A stretch of 60,310 nt of DNA, counting the filler, from Sphacelaria rigidula (Eukaryota), in the NCBI GenBank assembly GCA_964200075.2. It is 8 parts of 8 records of this genome, joined end to end, with 100 filler letters (N's around TTAATTAATTAA, not from the genome) between each part and the next. Parts side by side here need not be neighbours in the genome. Positions count along the whole stretch, not along the records: positions 45,311 to 52,760 come from CAXNAA020014861.1; positions 52,861 to 60,310 come from CAXNAA020014862.1; 6 more parts are not named here. One strand, given 5' to 3'. Positions 49,601-59,276 of this stretch are shown one piece after another; the stretch's first letter is position 1, and each line of letters begins with the position of its first letter. Made by a program: the position numbers and the translations under genes. The notes below the pieces were generated by a model. The model made no database searches, was not told the DNA's origin, and saw only the letters and a program-made list of their open reading frames with translations.

Positions 49601-52323
49601 TTGCGGAAAGACAGCTGGAGAGCACGGCTACCTCTGGAAAAAGCGGGGACAAAGCTCGAAAGGCGAAAAGTCTAGCCAACCAGGTATGCATGGATTATCA
49701 AGACCCTTCAAGTGGGAGGGCAGCTCTCACATGATCATTGAACCGGACAGCAGCAGTGAAAAAGTGGTAGCGTCATATCTGAGGCAGGCAAGACTCGCTC
49801 TCACTCGTGTTCGAGGCGGTCCAGCAGCATGGGGCACATAAACAAGATGCTGCTTACGAAAATATGGTCTTGATTTGCGTATTTCGTCTGCGGTTGTTGG
49901 TTACTGTAGCTATTGCGATCCTTGGACTTTTTTTTTTTCAACTCCGCGGCCACGGATTCGACAAATTGGACTACGAGTTTTGATTAACTGTCGCATATCA
50001 ACGTTAACGTTACCATGAAGTGATCTGGTACGAATGCAGCCGTGATCATTAGACATGAGATGAACGTACTGACCACTGGCCGGAAATACACGGAAACATT
50101 TGCTACACAATGCAAACTTTCTTGAGTGAGGGGGAAAATGAGGAAGAGGTTGGGATCACAGATTTTAGTGATCGATCGATTCTCGCACCTTAACTGATGC
50201 CCAAGGTAGTCATGACCCAGTCGTGATCATGATCCACAATGTAGTACGTGCCCTACCCGAGGTGGACAGCTTGGAAATGCTGTCTAAAGAGTGAGAAAAG
50301 CGAAGAAAAAAAAGAGAAACGTAAAACTACGGAACAAATAAAGAGAGTAAAAGCAAAAAAAAAGAAACAGAGGCCTAAGCAAATGAAGTAAAGCCAACGG
50401 TGAAAAATACCAAAAAGAAACGAGTACACGGTAAGCGGGAATCACAAGAATACGGTTGGGGAAGGTAACATGGGAATGAAAAGGAAACAAGATGAAAATG
50501 CTTGCCTGATATCTAGTACAATGTAGTTTACTACAGTACCAACCCGGGAAACAACAAAAAGCAAAGCTGACAGTGCGGTACTTGCCTCCGTTGCATGTCT
50601 TCAGGTGAGGGGGCCGTGCAAGTATTGTGTGACGCCAAGGCTAAGAAGCACGATTTTTGGCTACAGTACCTGATCTAGGCTGGCTCGACCTTTTTGCTTG
50701 ACTCATCATTGGCTCTTTATCCTGCATCCTGCGTCCTGAATCTGCCCTGGAGCAATCGCGTGCATGTGTGTCCGTGTGATGACTCCGAACCTTCAGATCA
50801 AGCCTATCCTCATCACCAGCTTGTCCTCTCTGATTGGCTGAGCACTGCCTACGAGGCCCTTTTGTGTTTCTTCTTCGGACCTTTTGTACTTTCGTGGTAT
50901 AACCGGCGCGTCCCAGTACTGGTAGCTGGTACGAATGAAATCAGTTAGATCGGGAGACTGCGAGTGTATACCTCGCCAGATACCCCCCTTCCCCATATGT
51001 GAGAGCAGAAGTCATATAGTTGCAGAATGAACGGAGGAACGAGACGTGCTAGAGGGGGAAATGCGGGACGTGAACGAAGGTGGCATAAAATTGTTTGATG
51101 CAGTAGACAGTAGCGAGAAAATGATGGCATACTAGGAGATAGATGGTGGTCACAGACGGCGAAACAGGACGGGGATAAGATATGTACAAGGTTTTCGTGC
51201 GATTTATGGAAGAAGCGAAATAAGCGCCGGGATGTTGGAGGTTTCTCTATTAGGAGTAGGAACAGTGCTCCGTCTCGAAAGGGATGCGTGGTCAATGGTC
51301 GAACGACTGAGGCAAGCAACACATGAGTACGCCCCCACATGCAAGACCCTCAGTACGCGTTTGGTCGAACGATGCCAGAAGAGTGCAGATCACCCCCTCA
51401 TGCGACATGCCGAACATATTACGGTGCTTTGCGCTTGGTGAATGATTGCGAGCCTGGTCCGGCGGAAACCCGGCGTCCTCCGTTCCGGCTTTGTAGCGAT
51501 GCAAGGTTAATGGTCATATGACTACGTCATGCAAGATCATGAGTACACCGCCCCCGCCCCCTCCGAGAAATACCTGATTGCCGTCCTTGAAAGTGTCAGG
51601 ACATGAGTGGCATTTGTTTTTGGCGAGAGTCGAGATTCCGTGCGAGAGTGGTCGTTATCCAATCCGCCCTACCGATATGTAAGACGTGTAGCGGGTGAGA
51701 GATGGGTTCATGCCTGGAGACTATTTACTATTGACTACTGTACGGACTCGTCGGAGGAAGGGGGGGAATTGGAAGTGCGGAAATTATATTGGAAAAATAA
51801 CTCAATGAATTGTTCCAAAATGCTGCAGTATCACCGTGTTGACCATCATACCTCGAGCCCTCAACCCTTCACCGTGAGCCCTCTGCTCTACTGTGTTTCG
51901 CGGAAACTGCGGTTAATGAAGTGTTCCGAAATGCTTTCGTGTCAAAGTGTTCGACCATCATACCTCGAGCCTCAATCCTAACCGTGAGCCCTTTACCCTA
52001 CTTGTAGTTCGCAAAAGCGATGATTAGTGACCTACTATATTCCAGAATGCTGCAGTTTTACCATGTTTGGCCATCATACGTGAAGCCCCAACCTTACCCT
52101 AACCAGGAGCCCTATCCTAACTGTTTATCGCGAAACGACCGTCGTGTGATATTGCAAGGTGGATCGGCTGACCATCGCCGCTGAGGCCTTGATGTCAGTG
52201 TCCGACCTGCTCTACTCCAGGATTACTCAGAAGCGTTACAGAGACGTCAGCGTCCACGTCCGGTGTTGCGTGCTTGACGGCTTGGCCGCCATTATGCTCG
52301 CCCTCCCCGAGGTGTACGTTCAG
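46608..52323 (+). CDS. SCC3: Partial cohesin subunit SCC3/STAG (STAG and SCD domains); exons 46608-46715, 47873-48025, 48454-48630, 49549-49683 and 52159-52323
   Basis: Five GT-AG-bounded phase-0 exons splice in frame: YESDPAGAMEEVLNLVLLACG, FKSNY, LIALSQQESADVRLASTMAAME, AERQLE and KRYRDVSVHVRCCVLDGL..IMLALPEVY, following the STAG motif order. Confidence 0.85.
46727..46955 (-). mobile_element. 5'-truncated SINE family 1 copy in an SCC3 intron
   Basis: The reverse complement matches the family 3' body (gagcaccgcagaa..gaagg..gcgccccac.tat..ggcgtccagaa..gggtgac.acac). Confidence 0.7.
47240..47838. repeat. Intronic array of degenerate GTAC-rich subrepeats
   Basis: Recurrent atacctgaggt..gtactcggt.ttg.aagtaccct and gggtacggtacc motifs, roughly 90-190 bp apart. 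Confidence 0.65.
51812..52135. repeat. Three tandem ~110-120-bp units directly upstream of an SCC3 splice acceptor
   Basis: ttcc.aaatgct..gtt.gaccatcatacctcgagcc.caa.cct.accgtgagccct..ctact.t.ttcgc occurs three times. Confidence 0.8.
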
Positions 52324-55300
52324 GTACGGTGTGTGGGCTTTTACAGTGTACGGAATACGGCTTTTCCCGGCTTGGAGGCACATAGTTTTGTGTGAAAGTC
52401 GGCAATGTTTTACTCAGATGTTTTTTTCTACTACTTCTCGTGGGTCCTGTGCTTGATGTTGATTGCTTGGTCAGTTAGTTGGTTGGTTGATGGGTGGCTT
52501 CGAGCCGTGTGATTGGATGGTGAATCGGTTGATTGATTGGGTAGTGAAGCGGCTGGTTCATGCCTCGTTTGATTTGTTACTGATTGATCGGACACTTGGT
52601 TCATGGAATGATGGCTTGGTTGGCTGAAAATAATGGTCGGTTGGTTGTTCGGTTAGCTGGTGTATATGAAGTGATGGACCAGGAATCATCATCATCATAT
52701 ATTCAATGGTGTACTCATGATCATGCATGCCATAGTCATAAGACCATTGACCTCGCATCCNNNNNNNNNNNNNNNNNNNNNNNNNNNNNNNNNNNNNNNN
52801 NNNNTTAATTAATTAANNNNNNNNNNNNNNNNNNNNNNNNNNNNNNNNNNNNNNNNNNNNCTAGGTTTTATTTCAGCGTTGCAACCCAGGCACACGCAGC
52901 CCAGACACGTGGAATGGCGCAAAAGTTACGTGGATACCCCCTGGACCAGCGATGAACGTTGTTCTCCCTTTTGGGCAATCAAGTTCAAGAAATCGTGAAT
53001 TTTGTGATTTTGAGTCGTGATGATTTGTTCTACCCGTGGAACCTTTCCTGTTATGGATTTTGTCTATCTACGTGGATTATTGACGACTGAACATTTTGAA
53101 GCATTTTTTTCGGAACAAAATTGCCGATAACTCGCGGAGGAAAGAAGATAACACGTAGCAGGAAAGGTTCGGTATTCGCACACACGTCCTGTACATGATG
53201 TCAAAATTTCATCGAAAGCGATCCGAAATTGAGCGAAGAATATGCGTTTCAACATTCCTGGTGGCTTCTTGGGCGGCCCAGCTCGTACCACTACATAGTC
53301 AAGAACGGAGCATTCTCTCTTGTCTATGCGGTTTCTAACCCATGTCCATTGCGCCCCTGGCTTGACTACTCCATCCTTCAGCGTCTTCATCGTTCTTCAC
53401 GGGGGGCGGGTTGGAATAAAAATATTAAATGGCGATGGGTAGCCCCATCCCCTCCGCGGACAAGAGAGGGCTTCCTGCGCAGTCCTTTTTACTCTCGGCA
53501 CTGTTTGGCCCCCAAGAGCGCCCAAAAGTTCGTGAAAGTGGGTTGATGTGTTTTGCCAAGGTCATGGTCGTGTCCCCTTCGCGTCAGGATTAGATTTTGA
53601 TTGATTTACGAGGAGCACGGGCAGAGCCCGTACCTGTGTTTTGCCACTATCTCATCTGGGTTCAAAAGGGGGGGGTCGACCCACTTTCGTCTGTTGCCCT
53701 CCTTTTGTTGCCGTTAGAAGTTCAAGTCAACCGCTGTCCAGCCCACACGGTACCCTTTTTCTATCTCTAGTGGCCGAATATAACACACAGGAGAGATGAA
53801 GAAATAGCCAGATATTTATGAGTCCAGAAAATCTTGCCCAAACATCCGATGCAGGAAGATCTTGTTCTGTTCTGTCGTATATGTGGATAACTCATGCAAC
53901 ATAGATGATTATGTTATTCGTGCTCGCTTGCCCGGTGATATAAACGGAGCGCACGCCTGACAAGTGAGCGTGACCAACGCAATGCCGCCCGTCCAACGAT
54001 CAATGTTGCAGTGCGTCAAGTAGTTGTTTCACGCTCTTCGGTCTTGCGCTTGCTGCACAGATAGCGTGCGTTGCTCTGTGACTACGTGCAGCGTAGTAAT
54101 ATGTTGTGTACTCAACACTATACAGTTTGTGCATTTCCGTTATATTTCAGTTCAAGGTCAGCACAGCATAAACGCGCCGACGTCACAGAGTACCCTGTCA
54201 AGAATGATGCATGTGGCGATGATGTGTAGGCTAACCAATGCAGCTTATGAACATCACCGATAGCCACGACATAGCACAGTGCGGCAGCAGATTCATATAT
54301 CCCGACGAAGAATATTATAGGCCTTTGTGTACGCAAGCTCTTGTGAAACCCATCTTATACGATGAGGAATCACGTTTAGTACAATCGCTCGAAAAACATG
54401 GAGTTGCGGGAACCAAATACTTCCTGTCCACGCCACAGCGCAGCTGATAAAAGCTTCTATGGACACACTTTACCGCCGATGCACCGACCGTGTTCCGATA
54501 AAATCTCGGAGTTGCTTTGTCCGTCCAGGATACTCTTGTGGCTGCAATACGTTTGCCGACGATGTTCGGGACACAGCCGACAATTTGTGCAGCCATGAAT
54601 GCAGGAGGAAGGTGAAAACAAGAAGCTGGCGCGAACCATGCTCCCACAGATGCCTTGGCACGGCGGCGCGCACCTTCCGAACCTTTGCCTACGGGTACCG
54701 ATAAAGAACCGTGTTCCCGCAGTGCGTCTCGGCGTTTTCGTAGCATATGGTGCCATGTAGATGGAGTGTGCATCGAAACGATGATGGCATATCTTATCGC
54801 TGTATTACTCTTGATTGAACCTACTGTATAGTTTCTCTTTCAGTTCTGGTCTCCACCACAGCGGCAAGTCTTTCAACATTCGGGGAGGAACAACAAATCT
54901 TGCAAGGGAGCGGACGCATTCGTTGCACAAGTAAAACACTGGTGAAACTTTCACGGAGGCCGCAGAGTGATGCTGATAGCACGGAATCACCTGAATGAGT
55001 TTTCGCTCAGCGAGTGAAAATCTTGCCACAGCTGATTTGATCGAAAACCTTTTAGCACATCCTTGGCCGTGTGACGTGGGCGTCGATTTCTAGACGAACC
55101 TCGTTCTGTATCGTCATTGTTCTCACGGAGTTCCCAACACAGATCAGCAGCTGATACTCTGTAGCGGCTTAAAGAGCCGTAGCGACACACAGAGCCACCG
55201 CAATAATGCCGGCGGTACATCAGATACACGCCCGCTTTCGAGTCGTCCCGTCCAAGAGTTCAACATCGCCGTGACCCCTCTCCTAAGCCATATACGACCC

Positions 55301-55922
55301 GTGTATTTTTGCAGGCGTTGTTTAAAAGAAGAGCTGCCCACCCCCCTCGACACGCGCCCGTTCGATGCTCACCACTGTGTATTGCGTGTGTGATGCTGCA
55401 TAGCGATCGCTGAGTCTTTCGGTGATGTTGCTTGGCTATTCATTTTGCACAAAGATTTGTAGCTGGCTCGTCCTGTCTGACGTACAAACCCTGTCTTTTT
55501 TATTGAATACATCAGAGTCAGATATATTTGATACGGCTGAGCATGCTTTAGCGTTGGCGCTGCGTTCCACATGTTTTGTGCAGTGACCGTCCTGCTATTG
55601 TTCTATACTGAAACTCCATCCGCTCCCGATCCCTTCCGCCATTGTGTAGAGAACGTCTCGTTTCTTGGAATCATTTTGCGAGTGTCTTTGTAATTATCGG
55701 GGTCAGCCCGCGTGGAGCGTCGTTTGCGTTGACTGCAGGCGGCTACATTTTCCCCAGAGTATGTGCCGTAAAATCAACACCACTTGTTTTGCAAATCGTT
55801 TCTACTCACTTTCACCCGCGGCTCACGAGGTATGTTCTGCCGTCTTGGTATTTGTGCTTCCGTGAACACCTAGTTTTCAAGGGAGCACAACACAAGAACC
55901 CGGTGGTCGACGTAGCCAAAAC

Positions 55923-57863
55923 GTGTGCATCACAAAAAGCTGCTCCAAGCACGCCAGGGTGGAAATGGTGGATGTGGTGAACAAGAACTGCGGCGACGAG
56001 GGTTGCTCCAGGAATCCGTCGTATAGTGTAGCAGGAAGTAGGGAGGCGGAGTTGTGCTCCAAGAATGCAAGGTCGGGGATGGTGAATGAAGTGCAGAAAA
56101 AATGCGGCTACGAGGGCTGCTCCACAAGGCCGTCGTATGGTGTGGCGGGAAGTAAAAAGGCGGAGTTCTGCTCCAAGCATGCGAGGTTGGGAATGGTGAA
56201 TGTAGTGCACAAGAAGTGCGGCTACGAGGGCTGCTCCACAAGGCCGTCGTATGGTGTGGCAGGAGGCAAGAAGGCGGAGTTCTGTTCCAAGCATGCGAGA
56301 TTGGGAATGGTGGATGTAGCGAACAAGAAGTGCGGCTTCGAGAGCTGCTCCATGCATCCGTCGTACGGTGTAGCGGGAAGTAACAGGGCGGAGTTCTGCT
56401 CGAAGCATGCAAGGTCGGGAATGGTGAATGTGGTGCTCAAGAAGTGCGGCCACGAGGGCTGCTCCACGAAGCCATCGTATGGTGTGGCGGGAGGCAAGAA
56501 AGCGGAGTTCTGCTCGAAGCATGCCAAGGCGGGAATGGCGGATGTGGTGAGCAAGAAGTGCGGCTACAGGGATTGCTGCACGCTTCCATCGTTTGGTGTA
56601 GCGGGAAGTAACAGGGCGGAGTTTTGCTCCAAGCATGCCAGGGCGGGAATGGTGAATGTGGTGAACAAGAACTGCGGCCACGAGGGCTGCTCCACGAATC
56701 CATCGTATGGTGTGGCGGGAAGCAAGGCGGAGTTTTGCTTCAAGCATGCAAGGTCGGGAATGGTGAATGTGGTGAAGAAGCAGTGCGGCTACAAGGGCTG
56801 CTCCACAAAGCCGTCGTACGGTTTGGCGGGAGGCAAGAAGGCAGAGTTTTGCTCCAAGCATGCAAGGTCGGGAATGGTGGATGTGGTGCACAAGAAATGC
56901 GGCTACAAGGGCTGCTCCACGAAGCCGTCGTATGGTATAGCGGGAAGCAAGAAGGCAGAGTTCTGCTTCAAGCACGCGAGGTCGGGAATGGTACATGTGG
57001 TCCTGAAGAAGTGCGGTTACGAAGCCTGCTCCACGAATCCGTCGTACGGCGTGGCGGGAAGTAACAGGGCCGAGTTCTGCTCGAAGCATGCCAAGGCGGG
57101 AATGGTGGATGTGGTGAGCAAGAAGTGCAGGTACGAGGGCTGCTCCACGAATCCGTCGTATGGTGTGGCGGGAAGCAAGAAGGCGGAGTTCTGCTCCAAG
57201 CATGCACGGTCGGGAATGGTGAACGTGGCGAAGAAGCAGTGCGGCTACGAGGGCTGCTCCACAAAGCCGTCGTATGGTGTGGCGGGAAGCAAGAAGGCGG
57301 AGTTCTGCTCCAAGCATGCAAGGTCAGGAATGGTGGATGTGGTGCACAAGAAATGCGGCTACAAGGGCTGCTCCACGCATCCGTCGTACGGCGTGGCGAG
57401 AAGTAACAGGGCCGAGTTCTGCTCGAAGCATTTCAGGTCTGGAATGGTGAACGTGGTGAACAAGAAGTGCGGCTACGAGGGCTGCTTCACAAAGCCGTCG
57501 TATGGTGTGGCGGGAAGTAAAAGGGCGGAGTTTTGCTCCAAGCATACCAGGGCGGGAATGGTGAACGTGGTGAGCGGGAAGGGCGGTGAAGAGAAGTGGT
57601 TCGAAGTGATTGTCGAAGAGAGGCACACCGTTGATGAGGCAATGGTGTGCCTACAACATACCTCTGCACACAGTTCAGCTGCGGCGTCCGACACCGCGAG
57701 AGTCTACACTGGGGAGGGCATCCCCGTGCGTAGCCCAACAAAGGATGACGGAGGAAGCGTTGCTTATTTACGAGGAACAAAACGCAAGCGCGCAGGATTC
57801 GCGGGTTCTGTTGCAAGCGACGGTGTTGGTGCTCGCTTGACTGCGTTCGCCGGTCCCAGGTAG
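55923..57863 (+). CDS. EsV-1-7 cysteine-rich repeat protein with 14 tandem 38-aa units (C-x4-C-x16-C-x2-H) and a low-complexity C-terminus; true start uncertain
   Basis: Uninterrupted 646-codon ORF with consensus KKCGYEGCSTKPSYGVAGSKKAEFCSKHARSGMVNVV at 114-bp periodicity, matching the EsV-1-7 motif family of brown algae. The ORF opens at a GTG, and a candidate acceptor lies at 55872-55873. Confidence 0.93.
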   Translation: MCITKSCSKHARVEMVDVVNKNCGDEGCSRNPSYSVAGSREAELCSKNARSGMVNEVQKKCGYEGCSTRPSYGVAGSKKAEFCSKHARLGMVNVVHKKCGYEGCSTRPSYGVAGGKKAEFCSKHARLGMVDVANKKCGFESCSMHPSYGVAGSNRAEFCSKHARSGMVNVVLKKCGHEGCSTKPSYGVAGGKKAEFCSKHAKAGMADVVSKKCGYRDCCTLPSFGVAGSNRAEFCSKHARAGMVNVVNKNCGHEGCSTNPSYGVAGSKAEFCFKHARSGMVNVVKKQCGYKGCSTKPSYGLAGGKKAEFCSKHARSGMVDVVHKKCGYKGCSTKPSYGIAGSKKAEFCFKHARSGMVHVVLKKCGYEACSTNPSYGVAGSNRAEFCSKHAKAGMVDVVSKKCRYEGCSTNPSYGVAGSKKAEFCSKHARSGMVNVAKKQCGYEGCSTKPSYGVAGSKKAEFCSKHARSGMVDVVHKKCGYKGCSTHPSYGVARSNRAEFCSKHFRSGMVNVVNKKCGYEGCFTKPSYGVAGSKRAEFCSKHTRAGMVNVVSGKGGEEKWFEVIVEERHTVDEAMVCLQHTSAHSSAAASDTARVYTGEGIPVRSPTKDDGGSVAYLRGTKRKRAGFAGSVASDGVGARLTAFAGPR

Positions 57864-58739
57864 GTTGTAAGAACGAGACATCCAGCTTCAAGGGCTGGTG
57901 AAATGTTTTCAGAGGCGAGTGCAAGGGATTGAATGAGGGTAGAGCTGGCAGTTCGTCCTGCTACACACGGTGAGGATAGGGGCAGGGAGGGTCGCAAGCA
58001 GCCTGCTCGTTTGTGTGGTTGGAGCAAGGAAGGTCGTGGTAGTAGCATCACCGGCATCAGTGCTGTGAGTTCGGGGCGGCTTTGTGGTTCGCCGGCGTTG
58101 GCACGTGAACGCCTGGGCACGTTTCATGTGGGCGTTCAAGAGGCAGAGGAGAACTCGAACGTGAAGTTGGAACTAGGAGGGTCTGGCCCCTCTCCTCGGG
58201 CATACGATACATTGTAGGTGACACTCTTTTCCCTTACCCATCTCGTTGCTCAGATAAGCTGAGGAGTGTGTTGGCGTGTGCTCGCGTATTTTGTCAGCGG
58301 TCTCAAACGACGATTAGTCGGTAGGGTTGATTTCATTCTCTTCAGGCGAAGCAGTCCGTGGGACGGTGGGGTCCGGACATCTCAGCGCCACGTTCCACCA
58401 GTTTCGTTGAGGTGCGGTTGTCGTACTTGCGTTGGTAGTGTGCGTAAGTGGAAATCTACTAAGGGCTGGCCATTAGTGCATACACCGTAGTAGTCAGCAA
58501 CGGATAAACTATGACACGACATTTCGACTTCCAACTCCTAATTTCTCCCAACTCTTTCCGACTGGGGCTATACTTGCTCATCACACTTGTTCATCTTGCA
58601 ACAGCCTCCAACAACTTGTAGCCAGACGGAGTGTCCAGCATTCGTTTCTTGCAAGTTTTACTCGCTCTCACTTGACCAATGTTTTAAATGTGTTGTTTCT
58701 GCCTGTAAAAGTGTCGTGTGCTTACAGCTAAACACCATG

Positions 58740-59276
58740 CTTCCTCTGCCCCATAAGTAAAGGTACCTAAATTTGTACGGGCCCCCGACGATGTACCATC
58801 GTCTTTTTTTTTTATGAACTCTCCGGCGTTATTTGGGTTAAGAAAATGTGTTTGGAATTTGCAGCTCGTGCTTGAACTATGCCGCCGAACGGCTGCAATA
58901 AAAGTAATCGGCCCAAAAATGGCCGTTTTTTGCCCCTTTCCGAGGGGGAAAAAGTGTCGATTTTTTTCTTGATTTTTTTCAATCGCCCCCGCCTTCACTG
59001 GGGCTTGCTGCCAGAAGTCCCACGCGACTGAAGAAAATTCGAAAAAAAAATCCCGACACCTTTTTTCCCCTCGGAAAGGGGCAAAAAACGTCCATTTTCG
59101 AGCTGACTACTTTTTTTGCAGCCGTTCGGCGGCATGGTTCAAGCACTAGCTGCAAATTTTAAACACATTTTCTTGACCTAAATAACACCGGAGATTTTAT
59201 AAAAAAGAAAAAAACGATCGGACATCGTTGGGGGCCCGAACAAATTTAGGTACCTTTACTTATGGTACAGAGGAAG
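58740..59276. mobile_element. Stowaway/Tc1-mariner-like foldback MITE (537 bp, ~245-bp arms)
   Basis: The arms are reverse complements along nearly their full length, with termini cttcctctg.../...cagaggaag. The flanks are TG (left) and TA (right), consistent with a mutated TA TSD. Confidence 0.88.

Noticed and set aside
55812-57317. 501-aa minus-strand ORF and other overlapping ORFs over the repeat array
   Set aside because: These are antisense or alternate-frame shadows of the periodic EsV-1-7 coding repeat.
55985-57575. 114-bp periodic array as a CRISPR array
   Set aside because: There are no unique spacers; the units are contiguous in-frame coding repeats in a eukaryotic context, with no cas genes.
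23201-57863. Functional cluster of TBCE, LRR, SCC3 and EsV-1-7 genes
   Set aside because: They lie on separate, artificially joined contigs.
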